NCBI GenBank assembly: GCA_050084985.1 | Contig: JBITNC010000001.1 | Span: 32,116,001 to 32,180,000, forward strand | Direction: 5' to 3' | DNA from: Nageia nagi | Lineage: Eukaryota; Plantae; Pinophyta | DNA length: 64,000 bases | In this document: positions 52,590 to 64,000 of the stretch, piece after piece | Layout: every line of letters starts with the position of its first letter | Position numbering within the stretch: position 1 is the stretch's first letter | Program-made: the position numbers and the translations under genes | The notes under the pieces: generated by a model | What the model was told of the DNA's origin: nothing | Databases searched by the model: none | The model's input: the letters and a program-made list of their open reading frames with translations, nothing else

Positions 52590-54240
52590 ATGTGAGCATG
52601 GTAGCTACCCCTAGGTCCAATCAACTAGATCAAGAGCAAGATTAAGATTAAGAACCACCATATCAACCCCTTATATAATAATCACCCCTCAATATCATGT
52701 TTCAACTCTTCTTTACATCCTTCCCATCATCCTTCTCATCATTCCTCTCCTCATGCCACTATGCCTCTTGGTTCCTAATTGGCTAGTGATCAAGTCTCAC
52801 CCCTTGTTTTAGAATCTTTATCAAGTCATAAAAAATTAATTTATTGATGATCCTATTGTTCAAGAGGTATGGTATCACTTTTTGAGCAATTTATATTCAT
52901 CATTATCATAATTAAATCATTCCCCCATATTCTCATATTCAAAATATGATTCATCATTATGATCCTTCATATCATGATCCCCAACCTTCTCTTGTCAACA
53001 CCTCACCACTTATTGCAACTCAAATCACATCTCAACCTTTGCAAAAAATGATCTCACAAGGATTCTTAATCAAATCATATCATTAAGTATCCCTTACTTT
53101 ATATCAAGTGCACAACACATCAACCTAACAATGGATTGATATCTCATCATCATACTCAACAAGTTAGCCTTATAATCCACAAAATACCTTGTTGTGCAAC
53201 CAAATCTTTTGACCATTCCATTTAAATCACATCACATGATTAAGGGTTACATAATAATCTCCCTCCCTTGAAAGTACCACATCAAAATCAAAATCACATC
53301 ACAAGAACATCTTATTAAGATCTTTAGGAATATTTATAACAAGAAAATATCCTCTATATTGCAAATACAACAACATAAGGAAGAAATATCACAAGTAAAG
53401 CTCATTGAGGAAAAAAGCTAATTAGTTAACATAAATTACACAAGAAAATCATGATAAAAGTAAAAATTATAATGATAACTATCAATAATATCAAAATCAA
53501 CCATGAACTAAACCATCATATGAAATAAACCAAGCAAATTTGTATCATTAACCAATTATGTGTGAGCAAGAGAAACCCATTAATCCAAGGTATAGAATAA
53601 ATTTCACTCCTTTGGGAGATTCTTTATCAAATATCCTACCTAATTTATTACAAGAAAATATTTTGAATTTTGATATTGCCCCAATAAAAGAGAATCCAGA
53701 GTATCAATAAGACCTTGGTACAAAGAAAACAAGTTTGTGAGTTCCATAAGAAAAGTCAACACAATACCAATAGATGCATGCAATTGAAGCATGGATCCAA
53801 GATCTTATTTAAAATGATCAAGTATCAACAAGATCACTAATACATCACCTAATCAAAATTTTTGGTATTTTCAATAATCATTTTCCCAATCATGATAAAT
53901 TGAAGCTTCGACATTATATGAAAAGGATTATCATGAGGTTGGGCTTCCATCCTCTTATAGCAACTTTGTTGGTTGAGCCATTGAACATGGATATTATCCT
54001 TGACTTCTTATAATCATTTATCTTGATATTATCATATATTATCATATAAACACCATCAATTGTATTTTATAATCAAGCATGCCTCATAATATTGACATCT
54101 TGGGAGTCAATACTAGAGCCTACTCCTCCTTTGTCATCATCCAGTAGTGGAGACTTCGGGTAAGATAATAGTCACTCATGAATTATCTTACACCATAAAC
54201 ATGGCTTATTCTTATCATCACTTATATTAAATCATCATCA
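52590..54240 (+). mobile_element. Old Tat-like gag remnant
   Basis: FTPLGDSLSNIL...PWYKENK.CEFH...HNTNRCMQLKH.IQDLI at ~53600-53810. Confidence 0.55.
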
Positions 54241-56549
54241 TATGGTATGTGTTAACACTTAAAAAAGAATTTTAATTTAATTAAAATACCCTTTTTAGTT
54301 ATTTGAAATGATTTATTTAATTTATTAAATAAATGCCTTTATCAATGTGCACTCTCATCTACCTTTATGTTTTATGGTAATAGGTTGGCCAACATCATAA
54401 TAATCCCAAGGAGGATCCTTGGTACTCTACATGTTACCTATAAAGGTGGAAGGGTGTGCATGATCATAGATATGATAGGATCTTACACAATCTTGAATCC
54501 TTGATAGGTGGCAATTACTTATGTCATTATTGATCATGCTTCTTAGCACCACCTATCAATTATGGAAATTGTTATAATTTGAGCTTCACACTTTTTATAT
54601 CTTTTGACTCATTTGTAAGTGATATTCTAAGGAACAAAGGCAAGATGATGACATCAAACAAAGGGCAAAGCAAAGCTAGTAAGGTAGTTGAGCATCATCG
54701 CTAGGTTCCTAGCATCATCACTAGGTTCCTAGCACCATCGCTAGGTTGAGGATGGACTTTGGGGTCTGTTCTTTGAAGAAGTTCATATTTCATATCCTTT
54801 CACCTGAATATCACCTTTGATCATCATAAAAAGGTAAATAAAGGTTTTTATGTCTTATTTTTTCAAATTTTGATAGGTTAAGGTCAAATAGATCATTGTC
54901 ATCATTTGTATCATTACTTATCTATAATTTCATGGTTAAATTAGTTAATTGAATATACTATAATAATCCTAATTTAATATATTTTTATTATTTTTTTACT
55001 ATAACAATTGTTGAACCCAAATTTTTTAATACATCTCTATATCCTTCACTAGTTACACCAAAATCCTAGGGTTTTGGATAGGACTAGTATCAATTTGTCA
55101 AGTGTTTTAAAAATGGAACCCATTGATTTTCTTGAAATTGTCAATAATTTGATGAGGCCACCAAAGATAATATGAAGAAGATTCTTTACATAAATAAGGA
55201 ACAAAGTTATGCCTTTAACATCGGGGGCAATTTTCCATCTATTGGTGCTCTTCCTCTAATGTCTAGAGATCCAAATCCATTATGCAATGAGATTCATAAC
55301 ACAAGGGAACCTAATTTACAAGTGAAACCTATTTTTGATACATATAATGGTGAGGGAGATTCTATGTCTCACATCAAGACTTTCAAAATGAAGTCCAAAT
55401 TAAAATTTGGGATTAATGATAATCTAATGGCTAAATATCTACCTACTACATTCCTAGGTGATGCACTAAATTGGTACTTCTCTTTACCCACTAAGTCCAT
55501 TAATTACTATGTGCAACTCATTTTAGAATTTTATATCCATTTAAAATATCACACTTCTATAAAAATGATAGTTTCTAATCTAGTTAGTTCCATCCAAATT
55601 CCAAATGAAAGATTCAACAAATTTGCTTGAACCCTTTTCCGAAAACCATGTCATATCAATGTTTGTCCATAGCATAAGTCCTAAACTAAGATTTCAAGCC
55701 CTAGACTATATGACCTTACCATTAATAGAAAGTATCAATAAACTTACACATAAAGAGAGGTGTTTAGTTGAGATGGGTGACCTAAAATATGGAAACCCTA
55801 GCAAAGAAGAGAAGGGATCAAGATATCAAAACAAAGAGGAAAAAGAGGTCCATACCATAGAAGAGCTATCGTCCAAAGAAAGATAAAAGAGTGAAGCCAA
55901 AAAATAATTCAAGAAGAAAAATTGGTTACCTTTAGCTCTTGCTTTGATGTTTAAGGATTGTTTATAAAAGGGACTTATCAAACTTAATCCAAAATTAGAA
56001 TTAGGCCCTCATGATGATAAACCTAGTTGGTACAATGAAGCAAAATTTTGCAATTTTCATAAAGCTAAAGGTCATAAGACAAATTCTTGCATGGTTTTGT
56101 GGAAATAGTTATAGAAATTGTTATATGAAAATAAAATTCATTATGGGGCTAGTGTAGTCAACTTACAGCACACATAATAAATTTTAACAAATATCATTTT
56201 TAACAAAGAACTATGCAACACCACTAGGATAGAAAGACCTCAAGGTAACATCCATCTAGCTATTCTAGAGAGAATGGAAGTCCCTCATAATTCCAGTCCA
56301 TAAAACCTACTTGAGAAACTAAAGACAACACATGCTAATATAAGTATTTTCAAACTCTTGTAATTATCAATTGATCATAGAAATGCTTTATTTTATGTGC
56401 TTAAAAAATCTAAACTTAATGCAGATATCCTTGTACCTAAATTTGTTGAGTTAGTAGCTAATCTTGATATTTATTTAGTATGTAACATGCTCTCTTTTCA
56501 ATATAGTGAATTACCTAATGAAGATATCATTGAAAATAATTTAGACCTC

Positions 56550-56597
<48 letters not shown>

Positions 56598-56605
56598 TGT
56601 ATGTA

Positions 56606-56646
<41 letters not shown>
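56550..56646 (+). repeat. Compound microsatellite (AT)n(GTAT)n(GT)n
   Basis: Read directly; lies inside the protease coding region. Confidence 0.95.
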
Positions 56647-56648
<2 letters not shown>

Positions 56649-57708
56649 ATATTGATAGCATTCGTATTAAAAAAGCATTGATTGATGTTGCATCCAATAT
56701 CAATATTTGTTTTATTGATTTGTTGATAAAGTATTTTCCTTCCATTTATGCAAAAATGAAATGAACAACAATTGGCATTAAAGGGTTTGACAATACTCAA
56801 AGGGAATGCATTGGTTATGTCATTATGCCTATTGAAGTAGGTGTAAATTTATTGATCAAAAGGTTTATGTTTTTCAAATAAATTTTCCATATAACATTTT
56901 TCTTGGAATTCCATGGATTCATAAGATTAGGGCTATCACTTCTACCTTACACCATTTGATCAAGTTTATGCATAAAGGAAAGTAGGTAAATATTCATGTA
57001 GAAAATAATTCTATGGATGTGTATTAAGTAGCTAAAAGGTTTTAGATAACTCATAACCTAGTTGAATATGAGGGGACCAATCCAAAACCTAAAATAAATA
57101 TCATTCTGCAAGAGGTAAGCATCGGGACATAGAAAATCTTGAAGATTGACATTTAGAAGAACTTCAAAGATCTTGGATGATCACTTTTTATTCCTAAAAC
57201 CCAGCACCATCTCTTAGATGAGGATGAAACCAAGCACCTCCACTCTATTCCTATAAAAGATATTAATCCTATTGAATATGTTCAAGCCCTATATCATAAA
57301 AATGATGAAAAAAGCATATCAACAATGGAAAATATGACACCCATTTCTCAAACCTTGTCTAATAAGGTAAGTCTCCATTTCAATAATTTTGATTCCACTT
57401 TCACTAACCATTATATGCAAAAATAGCAATATGGTGGAAAAGTATTAGGTAAGAATGAGCAAGGTATCATAGACCCTATCTCAAATGAAGGTCAGCACAA
57501 GAGAGAAAATGGGATTGGATTTGATGCTTCTACTTCTAGAACACCACCATAGTCCTCTACCCAATAGATAGTTAATAGCAAAAGCCACGGCTGCACCAAA
57601 GACATTATATATGAGTGGTTGCATAGTAGCATGATGCATGGTTCCATGGAATAATTATAGGCTTACTATGCCAATTCATTCTTACTCCTAATGAATCTAA
57701 TTTGAGTG

Positions 57709-60700
57709 TGTTGCGAATGGAATTCATTAGAGTTCCAAATTCAAAGATTAAAGGTTAATTTTGTTATTTGTAGAAAAAACGTGATAGCCCAATGATTTTC
57801 AGTAAATAAACACGACCGTGTTTTAGGTGACCTGGAAACGTGACCATGTTTTGGACTAACAATTTTCTGGGCAGTTGGGTAACCTGAATAATATCATTTT
57901 TCAAACTAGTGCTAGATTCACACGCATGGAGAGAGTACGTGGGCTGCTTACTACCAACATTTGGAGGGTGTGGTGTTTTGCTGAGAGTGGACTGTATCAA
58001 ACATAGAAGGTTTCTTGTGCACAATCAGTATAGTCTTGTGTTTTAAATGGCAAAATGGATGTGGGCAGGTTAGGAGCCATCTGTTTGTGCAACGCTATGG
58101 GCTGCTGGGAGAGACTGGACATCTGCTTGGAGATTGGAGAATTAATAAGTGCTATTCATAGATTGCACTCTATTTTTTTGTATAGCAAACTATTTGATAG
58201 AATGTCTTAACAATAAATTCAACATTGATCATTAGATCTACATAAATTTTTGAATCAGTTTTGTATGAGAATGGTTGGATTACCATGCTTTAAGATTTTT
58301 TGAGTATCTTTATTATGGTATCAAAGCCAAGATAATCTGGATTGAGTTTTTTTTTTTTTTATTCTAAGTTGTGGTGTTGTGGAAAAGGGTTTTGAGAAGA
58401 ATTTCATTTTTGATAAATTCAAGAAGTGTTGAAGACTTGCTGTTATGGAAAATGTTTCAAACTCAATACCAATTCTAGAATTTGATGGATCAAATTATGA
58501 ATACTGGAGTATTCGAATGATGACACTGTTGGAAGGAAAAGACTTATGGGATGTTGTTGAAGTTGGCTACACAGAACCTACAGATTGGAGTGTTCTAAAT
58601 GCAGATCAACAAAAAGAATTAAGAGAGATGAAGAAAAAGAACTTTCAGGCTTTGTCACATATCCAAGCTGCTCTAGATAAGAGCATTTTTCCAATAATAT
58701 CAGTTCATAGGACTACTTTTAATGCATGAAAAGCTTTGAAAGAAGCATATCAAGGAAGTGTCAAAGTGAAGGAAGTAAAACTTCAAACACTTAGAAGAGA
58801 TTTTGAGAATCTCACACAGCTTGAAAATGAGAGTATGGGTGATTATTGTGTACAAGTGAAGGCCATAGTGAATAAAATGGCTACTCTTGGAGATGATTTG
58901 GAGAAAGCTTTGGTAATTAAAAAAGTTTTGAGGACTTTATTACAAAAATGGGACAATGTGTCTTTAGTGATTGAACAAACTAAAGATCTTTCTACTCTGG
59001 AATTTGATCAATTGGTTGGATCTCTCATATCACAAGAAGAGAGGTTTTTGAGAACGTCCAAGATTGGTACTAGTGAAGAACAAGCTTTTTCAATAAGAGA
59101 AAATGACAATAAGGGTGGAAGAGGACAAGGTAGAGGTACTAGAAGTAGAGGTCAAAATGATAGAGGAGGAAGAAGAGGCTCATTTGGAAGGGGAAGAGGT
59201 AGAGATCAACTTTTTGATGGTGATCAAGCCAACAGTGCAAGTGCTAATCCTAGAGGAGAATATCCTACAAGAGGTAGAGGAAGAGACAAAAGAAATGTAC
59301 AATGTTATTATTGTAACAAATTTGGCCATTTTGAGAGAGAATGTCAGCTGAAACAAGCTACTCAAGCCAATAGATCAGCAAATTATGGGGAAGAAGAAGA
59401 ATCTTATGGAGATTATGAAGAGAAAGATACTTATGAAGAAGATGTCTTGTTTCTTTCTATTTTTCAAGTGGAAAATCATGTAACCAAAGCACTCATTTCA
59501 CAAGAAGAAGAAGAAGATGACACTTGGGTTCTTGATAGTGGTTGTTCACATCACATGACTGGAAAAAAAAAGTTGTTATCCTCTCTTGATCATTCTTTTC
59601 ATTCAAGCATCAAACTTGGGAATGAAAAGTTTTTGGATGTTATAGCAAAAGGGAACATGATGGTTCCTACTAAGAGAGGTAATATGAAGGTAAAAAACAT
59701 TTATTTTTCTCCTAATTTAAAACAATCTTTATTAAGTGTTGGCCAAATGTTGGAAAATAATTATAAATTGGTTTTTGATGATAAAATATGCAAGATTTAT
59801 GATAATAATAACGGTGGCAGGCTGGTCACTACATTCAAAATGAATAAAAATAAGCTTTTTCCCATCAAATTTGTACAGCAAGAGGGAGGTATTGCATGTG
59901 TGAGCATTGATGATCATGCTAATTTGTGGCATTTGCGATTTGGCCATGTGAATTTTTAGAGTTTGAAGTTATTATCTCCACTTGTGTATGGTTTGCCAAA
60001 GGTTCAAAATACTAATATGGTGTGTGAAGGGTGTGCGCTTGGCAAACATGCAAGGGGACATTTTCCAAAAAATGAAGCATGGAGAGCTCAATCTCCTTTG
60101 CAACTGGTGCATAGTGATCTTTATGGGCCAATGCAAACACAAAGTATGGGTAAAGCTTCCTATTTTCTTACCTTCATTGATGATTTTTCAAGATATTGTT
60201 GGGTCTATTTTCTTAAACACAAAGATGAGGTTTTTGAGTATTTCAAAGTTTTTAAAGCCAATGTTGAGAACCAAAGTGGGTACACTATTAAGTGTTTAAG
60301 AACTGATCATGATGGAGAGTTTTGTTCTAATGATTTTCTGAAGTTTTGTAGAGATTCTGGTATTAAGCGGCAATTAACTTCACCATATATGCCCCAACAA
60401 AATGGAGTTGCCGAAAGAAAGAATTGAACTTTGGTTGAAATGGCAAGATGTATGATGCATACTCAAGGTTTGAGTAATTTTTATTGGGCTGAAGCTATTC
60501 AAACTGTTGTTTATCTTTTAAATAGAAGCTATACATAGAGTTTGGCTAATCTTACTTCTTATGAATGTTGGTTTGGAAAGAAGCCAAGTGTGAAACATTT
60601 GAAGGTTTTTGGTTGTCTTGCTTATGTACATTTTAATGATGAGAATAGAAAAAAACTTGATGCTAAGAGTGAGAAGTGTGTGTTTATTGGCTATAGTGAT

Positions 60701-63302
60701 CACTCTAAATCATATAGATTTTACAATCCAATTTCGCACAAAGTTGTGGTTTCTAGAGATGTCATTTTTGATGAAGGGGAAAATTGGAAGTCTAAAAAAT
60801 GTCATCAGCTTCCTGTTCATGATGATGTGGTTGAAAAAAATGAAGAAAATGATCAAAGGAATGTTCAGCCCAGATCTGGTTCTATTTCACAAATGGGGCC
60901 TTCAAATGTATCTTCAAGTCCCAAGGGTAAAAAAATAATGAAGGATCATCCTGTTTCTCAAATGTTGGATCAGAATTTTTCAAAACGATTGACAAGGAGT
61001 CAACACAAGGAGTTTGAGGCTGCTTTGCAAAGGCTTGAAAACTTGCACATTCTTGGTGATGAAGACAATGGTGAGCCTAAAGGTGATTTGGTAAACTTTG
61101 CTTTAATGCTTCTACTTCTACTTCTAGTGTTTCTAAAGTTATTAATGTTGATGTTTGTGAGCCTTCTTGTTTTGAACAAGCATGTTCTAACAAAGTGTGG
61201 TTGAAGGCTATGAATGAGGAAATTTCCTCCATTATTAAGAATGACACATGGACGTTATGTAAGCTGCCCCAAAATAGAAAATGCATTGGTTGTAAATGGA
61301 TTTACAAGATCAAGAAGAATAGTGATGGTTCGGTTGAAAGATAGAAAGCAAGGTTGGTTGCAAGAGGGTTTACACAAAAGTATGGCATTGATTATGAGGA
61401 GACTTTTTCTCCTATTGCAAGGCAAGAGACAATCCAAATGGTGCTTTCATTGGCTACCAACAAGCATTGGAAAGTGCATCACATGGATGTGAAGAGTGCA
61501 TTTCTTAATGGCTATCTTGAAGAAGAAGTGTATGTAGCACAACCTCAAGGTTTTGAGATTCAAGGTAAAGAAGATCAAGTTTATAGATTGAATAAAGACT
61601 TATATGGGCTGAAGCAAGCTCCTCGAGCATGGTACACTAGAATCAATGACTATTTTCTCAAAAGAGGTTTTCAAAGAAGCAAAACTAAACATACGTTGTA
61701 TTACAAGAAACAAGGTACTGATATTCTACTTATTTGCTTGTATGTAGATGATATGTTGGTAATGGGAAGTAGCTCTTCTTTATGTGAATTATTTAAAGCT
61801 AAGATGAAAAAAGAATTTGAAATGACTGATCTAGGTTTGATGAGTTATTTTTTGGGCATGGAGGTACATCAAACACATGATGAGATATTTCTTTGTCAAA
61901 CTAAGTATGCAAGAGAAATGTTAAAAAGGTTTGGAATGAGTGAATGTAAACCTGTGGCTACTCCAATTGCACTATGGAGAATGTTTGAGTTTAGATGATG
62001 GGGTTGAGAAGGTAAATAAAATAGATTATAGAAGCATTGTGGGAAGTTTAATGTTTCTATGTAACACAAGATCGGACATATGTTATGCAGTTTCTCTATG
62101 TTCTAGGTACATGGCTGATCCTTCTTGTTTACACTTGAAGGTAGCCAAAAGAATTCTGAGGTATGTATGTGGTACAGTAAATTTTGGTATTCATTACTTC
62201 TCTACTGACAGTGTGAAACTGATTGGTTTTAGTGACAATGATTGGGGAAGTAATTTTGATGATAGAAAGTCTACTAGTGGCAATTGTTTCTCACTTGGAA
62301 TAGGATTGGTTACTTGGAGTTCAAAGAAGCAAGCTATAGTATCTTTGTCCTCTATAGAAGCTGATTATGTAGCATTAACCTTAGCTGGTACACAAGCTTT
62401 ATGGCTTCAAAAAATTCTTGATGAGATAGGTGAGAAACAGGGTCATTCTACAACACTATTTTGTGATAATCAAAGTGCCATTAAGTTGGCACAAAATCCA
62501 ATACACCATGCTCATTCTAAACATTTTGATATCAAGTATCATTTTATCAGAGATATGGTGGAGAAAGGTTTGATTAAACTCAGATATTGCAACACCAAAG
62601 ATCGAATTGCTGATATTTTTACCAAACAAGTTGCCAAATCTCAATTTTTGATGTTGAGAGATCTTATTGTTAGCCCTCTCACCATCAAGGGGAAGTATGT
62701 TACGAATGGAATTCATCAGAGTTCCAAATTCGAAGATTAAAGGTTAATTTTGTTATTTGTAGAAAAAACATGATAGCCCAATGATTTTCAGTAAATAAAC
62801 GCGATCATGTTTTAGGTGACCTGGAAACGTGACCACATTTTGGATTGATAGTTTTCTGGGCAGTTGGGCAACCTGAATAATATCATTTTTTAGACTGGCG
62901 CTGGATTCACATGCATGGAGAGAGTACATGGGCTGCTTACTACCAACATTTGGAGGGTGTGGTGTTTTGCTGAGAGTGGACTGTATCAAACGTAGAAGGT
63001 TTCTTGTGTGCAAGCAGTACAGTCTTGTGTTTTAAATGGCAAAACGGATGTGGGCAGGTTAGGAGCCATCTATTTGTGCAATGCTATGGGCTGCTGGGAG
63101 AGATTGGACATCTACTCGAAGATTGGAGAATTAATAAGTGCTATTCACAGATTGCACTCTATTTTTTTTGGATAGCAAACTGTTTGATAGAATGTCTTAA
63201 TAATAAATTCAACATTGATCATTAGATCTGCATAAATTGTTGAATCAGTTTTGTATGAGAATGGTTGGATTGCCATGCTTTAAGATTTTTTGAGTATCTT
63301 TA
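57709..63302 (+). mobile_element. Full-length but mutated Ty1/Copia element
   Basis: LTRs 57709-58312 and 62698-63302 (~41 differences, mostly transitions); TSD GAGTG (57704-57708 / 63303-63307); PBS TGGTATCAAAGCC 58316-58328; PPT AAGGGGAAGTA. Confidence 0.96.
58445..62740 (+). pseudogene. Copia gag-pol polyprotein with stops and frameshifts
   Basis: FDGSNYEYW; CYYCNKFGHFEREC; WVLDSGCSHHM; LWHLRFGH; VHSDLYGP; QQNGVAERKN; LYVDD; CDNQSAI; IADIFTK. Confidence 0.95.
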
Positions 63303-64000
63303 GAGTGGACATTTATAGAATGATGATGCCATCCTAGAGAAGCTAGGGGCATGGAGTGCATTCCCAAATACCATTAAGAAGAGGCTCACAGCATGGTTCT
63401 TATGATATCATTCTTATTTTGGTGAGAAGTTTTGCGTAGATGATGTTGACATTATATATTAAACCCTTACATTATCTCTTCACTTTCATGCATTTTTTAT
63501 CTAGTTAGTCCTAGGTGTAGGCCATTTTTCTTTTTTTTGTCCATCTCCCCTTTCATAAATAGAGCAACATCACTAGGATCCTAACACCATCGCTTTGTTA
63601 TACATGTGTCTTATGGATGAGTTTTGATGCAAGACTAGGGGCATTTCCTATGCCTCCCCAACTTAATAACAAAATATCCTACCTTAGTGAGGAAATAGTA
63701 GAAGTAAACATCGGTACCTAAGGGGACCCATGGTTGATCAAAATAGGAGCTTGGTTAACCTTGCAAGAATGGAAAAGGTACTACCTATTGTTAAAATATT
63801 TTTTTGATAGCTTTACTTGGTATTATTCTAATATTCCTAGTCTTGAATTAGATTTTATCACTCATAGCCTAGTTGTCAATGAAAATGTTAAACTTATTTA
63901 GCAAAAACCTCAAAAAATGCATCCTAGATTAGCTCTTGCCACTAAAAAGGAAATTGAAAAATATTTTGCTACTAGTTTCATTGTTCCTATTTATTTTTCT

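Larger units (their letters stand above)
54250..64000 (+). mobile_element. Degenerate Tat/Ogre-like Gypsy element (5' LTR 54250-55006, gag, protease, start of RT), interrupted by a Copia and running off the window
   Basis: LTR TGTTAACAC...ATAACA; degenerate Trp PBS TTGTTGAACCCAA 55008-55020; gag YNGEGDSMSHI...GDALNWYFSLP; knuckle FCNFHKAKGHKTNSC; protease KALIDVASNINI; G-patch-like YGGKVLGKNEQG; RT N-terminus EVNIGT..DP.LIKIG...FTW...QKPQKMHPRL at ~63690-64000. Confidence 0.85.

Noticed and set aside
56397-56800. ORFs with YVCM/THTH runs
   Set aside because: Microsatellite translations.

Overview
Plant nuclear, repeat-rich DNA with no intact cellular gene. The style of the PPR and NLR fragments and of the retroelements suggests a gymnosperm/conifer (inference). 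The window is a nest of LTR retrotransposons. (1) A young minus-strand Tat/Ogre-like element (<1-7963; tRNA-Trp PBS) that lacks pol and carries only gag plus an antisense, two-intron plant-mobile-domain (PMD) gene. It also has ~1.6 kb of related tandem arrays and clustered palindromic sites, and it is inserted into a Copia RT gene. (2) An older decayed PMD gene and LTRs of apparently the same lineage. (3) Decayed Copia and L1 LINE copies. (4) A gag-only Copia derivative (24031-27933). (5) A Tekay-like deletion derivative with ~3.9-kb LTRs and an ATTAT TSD (28772-39395). (6) A CC-NB-LRR pseudogene (39663-42045). (7) MITE-like foldbacks and PPR gene fragments in a CACTA-like context. (8) A full-length but mutated Copia (57709-63302, GAGTG TSD, TG...TA LTRs) nested in a Tat-like element. 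The best candidate for an undescribed system is the gag + antisense PMD + motif-array element at 1-7963. All alignments and counts were done by eye, so they are approximate.
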